Assembly: GCA_903858085.1 (NCBI GenBank)
Contig: CAIOHJ010000103.1
Location: 21,598-85,597 of the forward strand
DNA length: 64,000 nucleotides
Reading direction: 5' to 3'
Source: an uncultured Chloroflexota bacterium
Lineage (GTDB): Bacteria; Chloroflexota; Anaerolineae; Caldilineales; Caldilineaceae
Part shown: positions 1-11,103 of the stretch, piece by piece
Layout: each line of letters opens with the position of its first letter
How positions within the stretch are numbered: the first letter of the stretch is position 1
Translations under genes and position numbers: made by a program
The notes under the pieces: model-generated
Told to the model about the DNA's origin: nothing
The model's database searches: none
What the model saw: the letters and a program-made list of their open reading frames with translations, nothing else

Positions 1-236
1 CGCTCGGCGCCAAAACTGGTTTTGTCAAGCTGATCACCGACGCCCGCTACGGCGAGATCCTCGGGGCACATCTGGTCGGCCCACAGGTCACCGAACTGCT
101 GCCCGAGCTGAGCCTGGCCCAGATGATGGAGATCACGCCGTCCGAAATTGCCCGCAACGTGCATGCCCACCCCACCTTGAGCGAAGTCCTGATGGAAGCT
201 GCTCATGCGGTGGAAGGGCATCCGATTCATCTGTAA
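1..236 (+). CDS. lpdA: Dihydrolipoamide dehydrogenase, C-terminal part (truncated by window start)
   Basis: Frame from nt 3 reads [30 protein letters not shown]...HAHPTLSE...HPIHL*; HPTxSE is the E3 interface motif. Confidence 0.92.
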   Translation, partial: LGAKTGFVKLITDARYGEILGAHLVGPQVTELLPELSLAQMMEITPSEIARNVHAHPTLSEVLMEAAHAVEGHPIHL

Positions 237-240
237 TCCG

Positions 241-690
241 ATGGCTGCCCACGATGGGTCTGCGCTCCCTGCAGCTCCCTTTGCGCTCGATCTGACGGTC
301 CGTTTTGCCGAGACCGACGCCATGGGGGTCGTGCACCACAGCGCGTATGTGATTTGGATGGAAGCGGCGCGTGTCGCGTGGATGGAAGCGGCCGGTCTCC
401 CCTATGCAGAGATCGCAGCGGGCGGCCACCATTTTTCGGTCACGGGGCTACAGGGCGAATATCGAGCGCCGGCCCGGTTCGGGGAGGTCGTGCGGGTGCA
501 GGTGACGGTGAGCCAGCTGCGGAGCCGGCAGATCTCCTTTGCGTATGTCGTCACCAATGCCGCGACAGGCCAGCTGCTGATGACCGGCTCCACAGAGCAC
601 ATCTGTGTCGACCTGACCGGCAAGATGGTCCGAATCCCGGAAGCGGTCGTGGCCCGTTTTCGGGGCAGAAAGCACACGGGCCTGCCATGA
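241..690 (+). CDS. Acyl-CoA thioesterase, YbgC/FadM hot-dog family
   Basis: VRFAETDAMGVVHHSAY motif; ATG 241 directly after the lpdA stop. Confidence 0.88.
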   Translation: MAAHDGSALPAAPFALDLTVRFAETDAMGVVHHSAYVIWMEAARVAWMEAAGLPYAEIAAGGHHFSVTGLQGEYRAPARFGEVVRVQVTVSQLRSRQISFAYVVTNAATGQLLMTGSTEHICVDLTGKMVRIPEAVVARFRGRKHTGLP

Positions 691-1619
691 TTCAGGTGGA
701 ACAACACGGCTCGGTCACGGTGATCCGAATGGCACGGGCGATCCTGGGCCGGCCACTTTACTGGACAGCCGCCTACTGGCTGGACGGGCTGCTGATCGAC
801 AGCGGGCCACGCTGCACAGCGCACGAACTGGTGCGGGTCCTGGACCAGGTGCCGGTGCGGCAGATCGCCGTCACCCACAGCCACGAGGACCACACGGGCG
901 GGCTGGCGGCACTGCTGGCCCGCTATCCGTCGGCGACTGTCTATGCAGCCCGTCAGGCCCTGCCACAGATCGCAGACCCTGAATTGCTCCAATTGCACCG
1001 CTACCGCCGTTGGGTCTGGGGCGCTCCTGAGCCGGTAGACCGCGTGCAGTCGCTGGATGACGTGGCGGATCGGCTGTGCACGCCACGGTACACCCTGCGT
1101 GCCGTGGAGACGCCGGGCCACAGCCGCGACCATGTCAGCTATTTTGAACCGTCGTTGCGTTGGTTGTTCTGTGGGGATGCCTTTGTCGGGGGCCGTGACC
1201 TGGCCTGCACCCCAGAAATGAACCTCTTTGCCGCAGTCAGCAGCCTGCGCACGCTGGCCTCGCTGCGGCCGGAGCGTCTGTTTCCGGGCAGCGGCACCGT
1301 CTGCCGCACCCCGCTGCCAGAACTGCTCGGCAAGATCGGGACCCTGGTCCAGCTGGCCGCCGACGTGCAGAAGCTGGTGGCGGGCGGACACACGACAGAC
1401 GAGATCGTCCAGATGCTCTTCGGCGGTGAGCCCCCCCTGCGCTGGTGGACCTTCGGCCACTTTTCGGCAGCCCACCTGGTCGACGCCTGCCGCCAGTACA
1501 ACGAGCTGGTGCCGCCGACCGGGCTGACCCTGCCTCTCGATACAGCCGAAGGGCGGCGCACCCGGCGTCCCAACTCGTCGACCCGCCGCCCTTCGGACAG
1601 TGGCGACCGCGCCCGCTGA
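687..1619 (+). CDS. MBL-fold metallo-hydrolase
   Basis: HSHEDH (HxHxDH), TPGHS and FCGD motifs; ATGA overlap with the thioesterase stop. Confidence 0.88.
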   Translation: MIQVEQHGSVTVIRMARAILGRPLYWTAAYWLDGLLIDSGPRCTAHELVRVLDQVPVRQIAVTHSHEDHTGGLAALLARYPSATVYAARQALPQIADPELLQLHRYRRWVWGAPEPVDRVQSLDDVADRLCTPRYTLRAVETPGHSRDHVSYFEPSLRWLFCGDAFVGGRDLACTPEMNLFAAVSSLRTLASLRPERLFPGSGTVCRTPLPELLGKIGTLVQLAADVQKLVAGGHTTDEIVQMLFGGEPPLRWWTFGHFSAAHLVDACRQYNELVPPTGLTLPLDTAEGRRTRRPNSSTRRPSDSGDRAR

Positions 1620-1673
1620 GCCGTGGCCTGAGGAGCTCGGCCAGGAGGAGTTGTTCAACAAAGGAAGTGCTGT

Positions 1674-2621
1674 ATGCGAGTTCTGATCACCGGCGGCGCC
1701 GGTTTTATCGGCACCCACCTGGCCAACCGGCTCTGCAAACGGGGAAGCATCGTACGGGTCCTGGACGACCTCAGCAGTGGAGACCCCACGAATCTGCTCT
1801 CGGCCGTCCATTTTGCCCGCGGGGATGTGCGCGATGTGCCAAAACTCTGGTCGCTGCTGCAGGGGGTAGAGGTCGTCTTCCATCTGGCCGCCCTGGTCAG
1901 CGTGCCAGCTTCGGTGCTCTACCCGCGCGAATACAACGACGTGAATGTCGGGGGCACGGTCTCTCTGCTCGAAGCTTGCCGGGATGTCGGGGTGAAGCGG
2001 GTCGTGCTGGCCAGCAGCGCAACCATCTACGGGGACCAGCGGATCCATCCGGTCGTCGAGGAGCTGCCTCCGCTGCCGGCAGTTCCTTATGCGGTGAGCA
2101 AACTGGCTGCCGAACGCTACCTCTTCACGATCGGCCAGCTCAGTGGCTTTGAGACGGTGGCGCTGCGCATTTTTAACGCCTATGGGCCGGGGCAGCCACT
2201 GCCCCCGACCCATGCCCCCGTGATCCCGCTGTTTATGAAACAGATCGCCGGCCACGGCTCGGTGATCATCTACGGCAACGGCAGCCAGACACGCGACTAC
2301 GTGTACGTCGACGATGTGGTCGACGCGCTGGTCAGCGCTGCCGCCGCGCCCGCCATCGACCAGGAAGTGATCAACGTCGGCAGCGGACAGGAGACCTCGA
2401 TGCGCCAGCTGGTCGACCAGATCGGCCATATGGTGAAGGCAACGGCCCATGTGCTGGAGAACCACGAAACGTCTGGCGGGATCCAGCATCTGGTCGCCGA
2501 CCTGACCAAAGCGCGCCAGCTGTTAAACTACCGGCCGCGCACCACGCTGGCGGATGGGCTGCGCCAGTTTTACGATCTGGACCCCCGGATGCAGGCGCGC
2601 CAGGGCAGGGTGCTGGCCTGA
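1674..2621 (+). CDS. NAD-dependent epimerase/dehydratase (GalE-like extended SDR)
   Basis: GGAGFIG, YxxxK (YAVSK) and FNAYGP motifs. Confidence 0.92.
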   Translation: MRVLITGGAGFIGTHLANRLCKRGSIVRVLDDLSSGDPTNLLSAVHFARGDVRDVPKLWSLLQGVEVVFHLAALVSVPASVLYPREYNDVNVGGTVSLLEACRDVGVKRVVLASSATIYGDQRIHPVVEELPPLPAVPYAVSKLAAERYLFTIGQLSGFETVALRIFNAYGPGQPLPPTHAPVIPLFMKQIAGHGSVIIYGNGSQTRDYVYVDDVVDALVSAAAAPAIDQEVINVGSGQETSMRQLVDQIGHMVKATAHVLENHETSGGIQHLVADLTKARQLLNYRPRTTLADGLRQFYDLDPRMQARQGRVLA

Positions 2622-3733
2622 TGGGTCTCTTCTGGCGTACCTGCGCCGCGCTGTTCGGCATGGCGCTGCTGTTGGCAGCCTGCTCGCGCGGGGGGGGCGG
2701 GCTGGATCTCTACCTGCGCGCCAATCAGGCAGGGCTGGACCGGCCCGCCAGCGTCGACACACGGACGGTGCGGTTCGATGTGCCCCCCGGCACCCCAGCC
2801 CGCACTGTCGGCCAGCAGCTTGAACAGGCAGGGCTGATCCGCGATGCCACCCTCTTCGAAGCCTATGTACGGGTCAACGGGCTGGACGGCCAGCTGGCCA
2901 GCGGCACGACGGTGTTGGCCCCTTCGATGACCCTGCGTCAGGTGATCGCAGCGCTGACCCAGCCCGTGCAGGCGGCCTCCGCGTTCCGCGTCACCCTTCT
3001 GGAAGGCTGGCGGGTCGAACAGACAGCAGATTTTCTGAGCAGCGCCGACCGGCTGGGCCCAGAACAGGCTGCCCGCTACCGTGCGTTGGCGGTGGACGGC
3101 GCTCTGGGAGCGCTCGACCCGGCCCGTTATGCTTTTTTGCAGCAGCGGCCGGCCGGTGCCTCGCTGGAAGGCTATCTGTTCCCAGACACCTATCTGCTCC
3201 CGGCGGTCAGCCCCACCGCAGAGGATCTGCTCAGCCGCCAGCTCGATGTCTTTGCCCAGCGAGTTCTGCCCCTCTACCAGGAAGCGTACACCGGCGGGCG
3301 TACCCAGCTGGCGCTGCATGCAGTGCTGACCGTGGCCTCGATCGTGGAACGGGAGGCGGTGTTGGCGGCAGAACGCCCTGCGATCGCAGGGGTCTATCTC
3401 AACCGTCTGGCCAGTGGCATGAAGCTGGATGCCGACCCGACGGTTCAATATGCGCTGGGCTACCAGCCGGACAGCGGCCAGTGGTGGAAGAGCCCAGTCT
3501 TTCTGGAAGAGTACAGCTCGGTGGAGAGCCCCTACAACACCTATCTTTACACAGGGCTGCCCCCCGGCCCGATTGCGGCGCCGGGGCTGAGCAGCATCGC
3601 AGCCGTGCTGGATCCGGCCGAGCACGGCTACTTCTACTTTGTCGCGACAGCCGACGGCAGCGGCAGCCATGTCTTTGCTGCCACCTACGCCGAACACGAA
3701 CAAAATGTCCGCCGCTATCTGGGCGTCCCCTAG
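2621..3733 (+). CDS. mltG: Endolytic transglycosylase MltG
   Basis: [17 protein letters not shown] (catalytic Glu), LDADPT, SPYNTY..GLPPGPI, YFYFVA. Confidence 0.93.
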   Translation: MGLFWRTCAALFGMALLLAACSRGGGGLDLYLRANQAGLDRPASVDTRTVRFDVPPGTPARTVGQQLEQAGLIRDATLFEAYVRVNGLDGQLASGTTVLAPSMTLRQVIAALTQPVQAASAFRVTLLEGWRVEQTADFLSSADRLGPEQAARYRALAVDGALGALDPARYAFLQQRPAGASLEGYLFPDTYLLPAVSPTAEDLLSRQLDVFAQRVLPLYQEAYTGGRTQLALHAVLTVASIVEREAVLAAERPAIAGVYLNRLASGMKLDADPTVQYALGYQPDSGQWWKSPVFLEEYSSVESPYNTYLYTGLPPGPIAAPGLSSIAAVLDPAEHGYFYFVATADGSGSHVFAATYAEHEQNVRRYLGVP

Positions 3734-3752
3734 AGCGCGGCGGACAGAGGCT

Positions 3753-5159
3753 CTACTGCACCTGCTCCAGGATCTCCTGGAGGGCCTGGGTGAACGTTTC
3801 CAGCGGCAGTGCGCCCTGGACGATCCGCCCCTCCCCGTTGAAGAGCACAATAAAGCTCGGCGTGCCCTGCACGAAGGGGGCACCGTCGTTCAGGTCGCTG
3901 CTGACCCGTTGGGCCATTGCCGGGTCACTGAAGCAGGCGGTGAAGGCGTCTGGGTCGAGGTCGAGCTGTGCGGCCAGATCGACAAAGATTGGGGTCGGGT
4001 CACCGATCGACCAGCTGCTGACTGTCTCGAAGAGCAGGTCGTGCATTTCCCAGAATTTTTCCTGTTCGCCGGCGCACTCGGCGGCCACACCGGCTGCCGG
4101 GGCCTGGGGGTGGTTCTGAAGGGGGAAGTGTTTGAAGACCCAGCGGACGGCGCCGCTGTCGACAAACTGTTCGTCGAGCGCTGGCTGGGTTTCCAGGGTG
4201 TGCTGGCGGCAGAAGGGGCACTGAAAATCCGAAAATTCGATCACGACCACCTTGGCGTCTGGGCTGCCCCGCTGCCAGTCACCGGCCAGATTGGCGCCGG
4301 GCCGGTCGGGGTCGGGCTGCCACCCCTCGGCGGTCGCCCACACCGGGATCTGTGTATTGCCAGTCTCGGGCTCGGCTGCCCCTGCAGGAACTTCGCCGGC
4401 CAACAGCGCGTCGATGTAGCCGGCAAAGCTGGCAAAGGGCTGGGCACCGACCAGCAGATAATTGGCCCCGCTGCGGTCGACAAAATTGAAGCTGGGGGTG
4501 CCGGAGACCCCCAGCTGCTGCCCCTCGGCCAGCGCCGCCTCGATCCAGCCTTGTTTGTCTGCCTGTTCAGTCTCCATACAGCGGTTGTACAGCGTCAAAT
4601 CCGCCCCGACCTCGCTGGCCAGCCGCTCCAGAACAGCCAGCGGCTCCAATGCGTTGCTCCATTCGGTCTGGCTCTGAAAGAGTCTGGCATGCATCTCCCA
4701 GTAAAGCGCAGCCCCCTGGTCGGCGACGCAGAGACTGGCGGTGTGGGCTGCTGGCGCATTGGGATGCAGTGACTCGATCGGGAAGTCCCGGAAGATGACC
4801 CGCAGCTGCCCGGAACGCACGTAGGTCTCGTTGAGTGCGGCTTCGGTCTGGACAAAATGGCGGGCACAGAAAGGACATTCGTAGTCGCTGTACTCGTACA
4901 AGGTCACGGCTGCATTGGGGTCGCCGCGGAACGGATAGCCCTCTTCCGTAAAGCCCACCGGCATCCCCTCATAGGTTTCGTCCGGGAGAGGGAGCCGTTC
5001 GGTTTCCGCTGCAGCGCTCTCTGCAGCGCTCTCTGCAGCGCTCTCTGCGGCGGTTCCTGTGCTGTCGGCGGTCGGGCGGATCGGTGTGCAGCCTGCCAGC
5101 CACACGAGCACAAACAACAAGATGGCGTGAAGAGAGCGGTGAGACAGTTGTGTTTTCAT
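3753..5159 (-). CDS. Lipoprotein with two tandem DsbA-family thioredoxin domains
   Basis: LAGC lipobox; two CPFC motifs ([18 protein letters not shown]) and two GTP cis-Pro loops. Confidence 0.88.
   Translation of the reverse strand: MKTQLSHRSLHAILLFVLVWLAGCTPIRPTADSTGTAAESAAESAAESAAAETERLPLPDETYEGMPVGFTEEGYPFRGDPNAAVTLYEYSDYECPFCARHFVQTEAALNETYVRSGQLRVIFRDFPIESLHPNAPAAHTASLCVADQGAALYWEMHARLFQSQTEWSNALEPLAVLERLASEVGADLTLYNRCMETEQADKQGWIEAALAEGQQLGVSGTPSFNFVDRSGANYLLVGAQPFASFAGYIDALLAGEVPAGAAEPETGNTQIPVWATAEGWQPDPDRPGANLAGDWQRGSPDAKVVVIEFSDFQCPFCRQHTLETQPALDEQFVDSGAVRWVFKHFPLQNHPQAPAAGVAAECAGEQEKFWEMHDLLFETVSSWSIGDPTPIFVDLAAQLDLDPDAFTACFSDPAMAQRVSSDLNDGAPFVQGTPSFIVLFNGEGRIVQGALPLETFTQALQEILEQVQ
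5009..5044. repeat. 12-bp tandem repeat x3 (CTGCAGCGCTCT) encoding AES-A linker repeats in the DsbA protein
   Basis: Three perfect copies read directly. Confidence 0.9.
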
Positions 5160-5208
5160 GGAAGACTCCTGTTTTTGAAAGAACGATCGGGTTGTCTACG
5201 GCGCCACA

Positions 5209-5241
5209 CAGAGACCACACAGAGACCAGACAGAGACCAGA
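5209..5241. repeat. 11-bp tandem repeat x3 (CAGAGACCA[C/G]A) upstream of the DsbA gene
   Basis: Read directly. Confidence 0.85.
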
Positions 5242-5283
5242 CAGCGCTGCTGCCGAAGGGCAGCTTTGGGGAGGGGCACCCGG

Positions 5284-6666
5284 TCAGGCTCGTTCGGCCA
5301 GCCAGCTTCGCAGGTGGGCGATCTGGGCCAGCACAGCGCGGCGGCTGGTCCCCCCGGCCACATCGCGGCGTTCAACACTCTGCTCGAAGCTCCACACCTC
5401 TTCGACATCGGCCGCAAAGGCTTTGTGCAGCTTTTGCAAGTCTGCCAGCGCCAGCTCTGGCAGGGTCACGCACTGCACCTCCGCCATTCGGACGGCAGCC
5501 CCGGCGATGTGGTGGGATTCCCGAAAAGGCACCCCACGGCGGACCAGGTACTCGGCGAGGTCGGTGGCCAGCATTTCTGGGGAAAGGGCAGCCCGCATCG
5601 CGGCGGGGCGGGTCTGCAAGGTGGAGAGGACCCCACAGGCGATCTGGAGCGACCCGCTCATGCTGGCGACTGCATCGAAAAGTGGTTCTTTGTCTTCTTG
5701 CAGATCCTTGTTGTAGGTGCTTGGCAGCCCTTTGAGGGTCATGATCAGGCCGGTGAGGTGGCCGGCCAGGCGGCCCGATTTCCCGCGCAACAGCTCCAAG
5801 GCGTCGGGATTTTTTTTCTGCGGCATCAGGCTGCTCCCCGTGCTGTAGGCGTCAGCCAGTTTCACAAAGCCAAACTCACGGCTGCTGTAAAGAATCAGAT
5901 CTTCGGCCAGCCGGCTCAGGTGCACCATCGCCAGCGTGGCCCAGAACAAAAACTCGATGATAAAATCGCGGTCGCTGACCCCGTCCATGCTGTTCTGGGT
6001 GATCCCGGCAAAGCCCAGCTCTGCGGCCAGCAGATCGCGGTCGATGGCGAAGGGGGTACCGGCCAGCGCGCCGCTGCCCAGCGGCATCAGATCGACGCGC
6101 GCAGCCAGTTCATCCAGCCGCTGGGCGTCGCGCTGCCAGGCCCAGGCATGGCTGAGCAGCCAGTGGCTCCAACGCACCGGCTGCGCCGGCTGCAGATGGG
6201 TGTAGCCGGGCAGCAACAGGTCGATCTCTTCTCCGGCCCGTTCGACGGCGGCGGCGATCAGCTGCTCCAAATGGGCACGCAGGTGGACGATCTCTGCGCG
6301 CAGCCAGAGCCGCACATCGGTCGCGACCTGGTCGTTGCGGCTGCGCCCGGTGTGCAGCTTGCCGGCCACTGCGCCGATCCGTTCGGTCAGCCGGCGCTCG
6401 TTGGCAGTGTGAATATCTTCGTCTTCCTCTTGCAGGACGAAGGTGCCGCTCTCCCATTCGGCGATGATCGCTTCCAACCCGTCGACGATCTCCGTCCGCT
6501 CGCTCTCTGTCAGCAAGCCACTCCGCTCCAGCGCGCGCGCGTACGCCTGGCTGCCACGAAGATCGACTGCCCACAGTTGACGATCAAAGCGGATCGAAGC
6601 GTTGAATGCCTCCATCAGCGGATCGGTCTTGCCAGTAAAGCGTCCACCCCAAAGCTTTTTGGTCAC
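5284..6666 (-). CDS. argH: Argininosuccinate lyase
   Basis: KLWGGRF start, [34 protein letters not shown]; GTG start with GGAG SD. Confidence 0.97.
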   Translation of the reverse strand: MTKKLWGGRFTGKTDPLMEAFNASIRFDRQLWAVDLRGSQAYARALERSGLLTESERTEIVDGLEAIIAEWESGTFVLQEEDEDIHTANERRLTERIGAVAGKLHTGRSRNDQVATDVRLWLRAEIVHLRAHLEQLIAAAVERAGEEIDLLLPGYTHLQPAQPVRWSHWLLSHAWAWQRDAQRLDELAARVDLMPLGSGALAGTPFAIDRDLLAAELGFAGITQNSMDGVSDRDFIIEFLFWATLAMVHLSRLAEDLILYSSREFGFVKLADAYSTGSSLMPQKKNPDALELLRGKSGRLAGHLTGLIMTLKGLPSTYNKDLQEDKEPLFDAVASMSGSLQIACGVLSTLQTRPAAMRAALSPEMLATDLAEYLVRRGVPFRESHHIAGAAVRMAEVQCVTLPELALADLQKLHKAFAADVEEVWSFEQSVERRDVAGGTSRRAVLAQIAHLRSWLAERA

Positions 6667-6677
6667 AACAGCTCCTT

Positions 6678-7688
6678 TCAAATTCTTGTACTGTCTTCCC
6701 CCTGCCTTTGGGCAGGGGACTCTTGCCCCCACCCCCCGTTTTGGTTGACCCGCAACCGGCGCAGCGACAGGTCTCCGTAGCGCCACCGAACCCAGCCGGC
6801 AATCGCCGCCATCCCTGCCACGGTCGCCAGGATTCCCAGCAGGCCAGCCTCCGGGCCGAATGCCCCGCCGGTCCATAGATCGGGGCCTTGCTCCTGGACG
6901 GCGATGACGGTCGTTCTGAATTGCATCTTCCCGCTGACCGCAAACCCATAGATATTGCCCTGCACCAGATTCCAGGTCAGGTGCAGGCCGATCGGCAGGG
7001 CCAGCTCGCCGGTCAGCACGTAGGCCAGCCCGAACATCCCCCCCATCAGGGCCAGGTTGACGGTGCTCATCCAGGTCGCATGTGGGTTGTCCACATGCAG
7101 CAGACCAAAGATCAACGATGAAAAAAACCAGGCGGCCAGCACTGCCGGGACATAGCCGAACGCCAGCAGCCCTTCGGTGAAGTTGAGAATCTGGTTGCCG
7201 CGCGTCAGCAGCTCTTCGGCGATTGCCACGACCAGATACAAAATGAGGGGGGCGAGAAAAGCAACCCCCCATCCCAGCCAGTGTGGATCGCTGCGCCAGA
7301 CCCCGACCACCGCCACCCAGCTCGCCTGCCACTGCACCGCAAAGACCAGGGCCATCAACGCAGCCCCCAGCAGCAGGCCGAAGCCGAGATCCAGCCACCA
7401 GCCCGCTGAAAAATGCCACCCGTAGTCGGCAAACGCCCGGCGGTCGATCAGGCGGGCAATCCCCCAACCGGCAACCAGGATGATCAACAGACGGATCAGG
7501 TTGAGCAGGCTCGTCTGCAGCCACACCCAGTCTGCGGAGACCTGGGCGAACAAGGTGTGCGCCAGGAGCGTGTGGGCGACAGCAGGCCCGTACCCCCAGG
7601 CCCCAAAAAAAAGAAGGGCCCGGCCAGCCGCGTTCAGACGTCCGTCTGCGCCCACCCATCCGGGTCTGCCACGACGAGCCAGCCGCAC
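6678..7688 (-). CDS. CPBP (Abi/CAAX) intramembrane glutamic endopeptidase; start uncertain
   Basis: EELLTRG, FGLLH and GLHLTWN motifs; multiple TM segments. Confidence 0.85.
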   Translation of the reverse strand: MRLARRGRPGWVGADGRLNAAGRALLFFGAWGYGPAVAHTLLAHTLFAQVSADWVWLQTSLLNLIRLLIILVAGWGIARLIDRRAFADYGWHFSAGWWLDLGFGLLLGAALMALVFAVQWQASWVAVVGVWRSDPHWLGWGVAFLAPLILYLVVAIAEELLTRGNQILNFTEGLLAFGYVPAVLAAWFFSSLIFGLLHVDNPHATWMSTVNLALMGGMFGLAYVLTGELALPIGLHLTWNLVQGNIYGFAVSGKMQFRTTVIAVQEQGPDLWTGGAFGPEAGLLGILATVAGMAAIAGWVRWRYGDLSLRRLRVNQNGGWGQESPAQRQGEDSTRI

Positions 7689-7694
7689 CGTTCT

Positions 7695-8942
7695 CTACCC
7701 GTGTCTGTGCACAAAACGTGCCATTCGTTCCAGCGCAATCTGGATCTGCTCGATGCTGGCGGCGTAGGCGCAGCGGACATGGCCTTCCCCTCCTTTGCCG
7801 AAGGCACTGCCTGGGATCACCGCCACATGTTCTTCGACGAGCAGCCGTTCGCAGAATTCGTGCTCGTTCATCCCAGTCGCCCGGATGCTGGGAAAGGCAT
7901 AAAAAGCGCCTTTGGGTTCAAAACAGTCCAGCCCGATCTGGTTCAACCCAGTGTAGATCAAACGGCGCCGAACATCATAGCTTTCGACCATCTGCCGCAC
8001 ATACGCTTCGACAGCCGGGTCGGTGAAGGCGGCCAGTGCAGCCTCCTGGCCGGTGGTGGGGGCTGACATGATCAGGTACTGGTGGATCTTGCGCATCGCC
8101 CCGATCAGATCAGCAGGGCCGGCTGCATAGCCGATGCGCCAGCCGGTCATGGCATAGTCTTTGCTCATCCCTCCCAGATGGATCGTCCGTCGGGCCATCC
8201 CTGGAAGGGCCGCAAACATGATATGCCGGTGGTCTCCATAGACCAGTCGGTCGTAGATTTCATCTGAAATGACCAGGAGGTCATGTTCTTCGGCGATGCG
8301 GGCGATCTCCAGCATGCCATCCAAGTCCATGACAGCGCCGGTGGGGTTGTTGGGGAAGCCGATCAGCAGCAGCTTGGTGCGCGGGGTGATGGCAGCCCGG
8401 ATCGCTTCGGGGCGGATGGTGAAATGGTCGCTGGCATAGGTCGGCAGGTCGACGACGGTGCCCCCCGCCAGGAGGACGCTGGCCGTGTAGCTGACAAAGC
8501 AGGGTTGGGGCACGATCACCTCATCCCCAGGGTCCAGCAGCGCCTGCATGGCCAGATACATCGCCTCGCTGACCCCTACCGTGATCAGGAGTTCGCGCTC
8601 TACATCGTAGGCAGGTCCACCGTAGAGGCGCTGCAGCATCTGCATCACGGCTTCGCGCAGCGCGTAGGTGCCCGAATTGGAGGTGTAGGAGGTCTGTCCG
8701 TGCTGGAGGCTCCGGATTCCGGCCTGCAGAATTGGGGAGGGGGTGATGAAGTCGGGTTCGCCGATCCCAAGGCTGACCACATCTTCCATCGATGCGGCGA
8801 TGTCAAAATACTTGCGAATCCCGGAAGGTGGGACAGCCAGCACCCGCTGGCTCAGGCGGCCCGTCAGCGGGCGCAGGGAACCCTTGTGGCCATTGATGGC
8901 TGTTTGGGAAGCCACCGCTTCAGCAAAAATGGAGAGAGTCAT
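7695..8942 (-). CDS. Class I/II PLP-dependent aminotransferase
   Basis: [32 protein letters not shown]. Confidence 0.93.
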   Translation of the reverse strand: MTLSIFAEAVASQTAINGHKGSLRPLTGRLSQRVLAVPPSGIRKYFDIAASMEDVVSLGIGEPDFITPSPILQAGIRSLQHGQTSYTSNSGTYALREAVMQMLQRLYGGPAYDVERELLITVGVSEAMYLAMQALLDPGDEVIVPQPCFVSYTASVLLAGGTVVDLPTYASDHFTIRPEAIRAAITPRTKLLLIGFPNNPTGAVMDLDGMLEIARIAEEHDLLVISDEIYDRLVYGDHRHIMFAALPGMARRTIHLGGMSKDYAMTGWRIGYAAGPADLIGAMRKIHQYLIMSAPTTGQEAALAAFTDPAVEAYVRQMVESYDVRRRLIYTGLNQIGLDCFEPKGAFYAFPSIRATGMNEHEFCERLLVEEHVAVIPGSAFGKGGEGHVRCAYAASIEQIQIALERMARFVHRHG

Positions 8943-8970
8943 CACAACAACACCTTTCTGGTGGATTGAA

Positions 8971-9120
8971 CTGGGGAAAGCTACCGATCCGAACGCAGCG
9001 GAAAACCGATCGGTTCCGGAGCGTTCTTTCGACACTGGCCATGGCCGGTGAGCGCCGCTCACAACCTGCGGTCCGGCTTACACCGCAAGTTGCCGGCCTG
9101 TAGCTGTGGCCAGTCCCCCG
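8971..9120 (-). ncRNA. Candidate structured cis-regulatory RNA between gatA and the aminotransferase (family unassigned)
   Basis: Nested inverted repeats 9034-41/9107-14, 9043-48/9093-98, 9062-71/9083-92, 8991-96/9021-26, 8973-77/9114-18; a G-U pair forms only on the minus strand. Confidence 0.45.
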
Positions 9121-9160
9121 ACACCAGCACCTCTTTGCACGGTTTGCATTGCCCCTTCTG

Positions 9161-10615
9161 TCAGGCCCACCGGCTGTGCCAGGGTGTCGCCTGTTCGTAG
9201 GCGTGTGCGGCGCGCAGCAGCGTGGCCTCACCCAGGTGCGGGCCCATCAGCTGCAGCCCGATCGGGAGCCCCTGCGCGTCGAACCCGCAGGGCACGCTGA
9301 TCCCACACATCCCAGCCAGGTTGAGGGGAATGGTGAAGAGATCGCTCAGGTACATGGCCAGCGGATCATCCACCTTTTCGCCGAGACGGAAGGCTGTCGT
9401 CGGGGCCACCGGGCTGGCGATCAGATCGACCTGGGTGAAGGCAGATTCGAAGTCTTGTTTGATCAGCGTACGAACCTGCTGGGCTTTGAGGTAGTAGGCG
9501 TCGTAGTAGCCGGCGCTGAGGACGTAGGTGCCCAGCATGATCCGGCGTTTGACCTCGGCACCGAAGCCCTGCCCGCGCGAGTCGCGGTAGTTGTCGAGGA
9601 TGTTGGCAGAGTCGGCGCTGAACCCATAGCGCACGCCGTCGAACCGTGCCAGGTTGGCGCTGGCCTCGGCGGTTGCCACCAGATAGTAGACCGGCAGGGC
9701 CTTGTCGGTGTTGGGCAGGGAGATGCGCACGACTTCTGCGCCGAGTCCTGCCAGCACGTCGATGGCGGCCTGTACTGCGGCGTTGACCTCGGGCTGCAGC
9801 CCCTCGACAAAGTACTCGTCGGGCAGCCCGATCCGAAGCCCGCGCACATCCTCGCTCAACAACTGGGAATAGGGGGGCACTGGCGCCGGCATCGTCGTGC
9901 TGTCGTGGGGATCCTGGCCGGCGATGACGCCCAGCAGCAGTGCTGCGTCGCGCACATCCTTCGCCAGCACCCCGATCTGGTCCAGGCTGCTGCCGTACGC
10001 GACCAGACCATAGCGGCTGACCCGCCCGTAGGATGGCTTGAGGCCGACGACACCGCAGTAGGAGGCAGGCAGGCGGACGCTGCCGCCGGTATCGCTGCCC
10101 AGCGCAGCCATGGCCATCTGGGCAGCCACTGCTGCGCCGGAGCCGCCACTGCTGCCACCAGGCACCCGTGCCAGATCCCAAGGGTTGTGGGTCGGGAAAT
10201 AGCCGCTGTTCTCGGTGCTTGACCCCATAGCAAACTCGTCGGTGTTGGTCTTGCCCAAGAGGACCATCCCCGCTGCGGCCAGCCGATGCACCGCAGTCGC
10301 CGTGTAGGGGGGGATAAAGTGCTCGAGGATGCGGCTTCCACAGGTTGTGCGCACCCCCTCTGTACAGAGCACATCCTTGACCGCCAGGGGGATGCCCAGC
10401 AGCGGGGCCGTTTCACCGCGGCTGCGGCGGTCGTCTGCTGCAGCCGCCTGCGCCAGTGCCAGCTCAGCGGTGACTGTCAGATAGGCGTTGACCTGGCCGT
10501 CGACCTGGGCGATCCGATCCAACAGCGACTGGGTCAGCTCGACCGCACTGAAATCACCGCGCTGCAGGGCGGCCCACGCGGCATGGAGGGTGAGTTCGTA
10601 CAGGGCTTTGCTCAT
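9161..10615 (-). CDS. gatA: Asp/Glu-tRNA(Asn/Gln) amidotransferase subunit A
   Basis: [42 protein letters not shown]. Confidence 0.97.
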   Translation of the reverse strand: MSKALYELTLHAAWAALQRGDFSAVELTQSLLDRIAQVDGQVNAYLTVTAELALAQAAAADDRRSRGETAPLLGIPLAVKDVLCTEGVRTTCGSRILEHFIPPYTATAVHRLAAAGMVLLGKTNTDEFAMGSSTENSGYFPTHNPWDLARVPGGSSGGSGAAVAAQMAMAALGSDTGGSVRLPASYCGVVGLKPSYGRVSRYGLVAYGSSLDQIGVLAKDVRDAALLLGVIAGQDPHDSTTMPAPVPPYSQLLSEDVRGLRIGLPDEYFVEGLQPEVNAAVQAAIDVLAGLGAEVVRISLPNTDKALPVYYLVATAEASANLARFDGVRYGFSADSANILDNYRDSRGQGFGAEVKRRIMLGTYVLSAGYYDAYYLKAQQVRTLIKQDFESAFTQVDLIASPVAPTTAFRLGEKVDDPLAMYLSDLFTIPLNLAGMCGISVPCGFDAQGLPIGLQLMGPHLGEATLLRAAHAYEQATPWHSRWA

Positions 10616-10616
10616 A

Positions 10617-10907
10617 TCACTCCTCGAAGACCGCGCGCACGCGAAAAAAACCGTCCTCGCGGTCAGGTGCATTGGCGGTTGCCAGCTCATTGGGCAGAGA
10701 AGGTGCCGGCAGATCCTCGGCCCATACATTCACCAGGGGCAGCACATAGGGGGTCGGCGCGACGCAGCTGGTCTCTACCTGCTGCAGACGTTCGGCATAC
10801 TCCAGGATCGCCGACAGCTGGCCCGCATACAAGGCCAGTTCCTGCTCGCTCAGACGCAGTTTGGCGAGTTCGGCCACATGGCGCACTTCCTCGCTTGTCA
10901 GGTGCAT
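10617..10907 (-). CDS. gatC: Asp/Glu-tRNA(Asn/Gln) amidotransferase subunit C
   Basis: [12 protein letters not shown]...[15 protein letters not shown]; strong GGGAGG SD; directly upstream of gatA. Confidence 0.95.
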   Translation of the reverse strand: MHLTSEEVRHVAELAKLRLSEQELALYAGQLSAILEYAERLQQVETSCVAPTPYVLPLVNVWAEDLPAPSLPNELATANAPDREDGFFRVRAVFEE

Positions 10908-10953
10908 CGCGCTCCTCCCTACAAAATCGCTCCAGACAATCCCAACAAATAAC

Positions 10954-10985
10954 AAAAAACGTCGTGGGAACAGACTCCACGACGT
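10954..10985 (-). terminator. Intrinsic terminator inside the gatCA leader
   Basis: Minus strand ACGTCGTGG/CCACGACGT 9-bp stem followed by TTTTTTGTTATTT, about 45 nt before the gatC start. Confidence 0.8.
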
Positions 10986-11103
10986 GTAACTTGCTCCTCC
11001 CAGCTGATGGAGCTGCGGAGTTGCAAGAAAGACCAACTGCGCAATTGTACTCTGCTCATCATTTCCAAAATTGCTGTACACGCCACAGCTCAGCCTGGAG
11101 TCG

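Noticed and set aside
402-2489. Long antisense or alternative-frame ORFs (402-2489, 5266-6780, 28117-30222, 42651-44918, 44913-46883, 60529-62319 and others)
   Set aside because: They shadow well-supported genes, have no recognisable motifs, and are expected at high GC.
5284-7659. 791-aa ArgH fusion suggested by the ORF track
   Set aside because: The upstream part overlaps the CPBP gene in another frame; argH has its own SD and GTG at 6666.
9048-9062. lacO-like palindrome GTGAGCG-C-CGCTCAC as a LacI operator
   Set aside because: Better explained as one hairpin of the larger RNA fold; no promoter or LacI gene nearby.
8971-9140. SAM-I or lysine riboswitch (AAGAG..GGGACUGGCC..GGCAAC; AGAGGUGC)
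   Set aside because: SAM-binding AUC/GGUGC/AGAU and lysine AGUA/GCCGAA/GGAG cores are absent; kept only as an unassigned structure.
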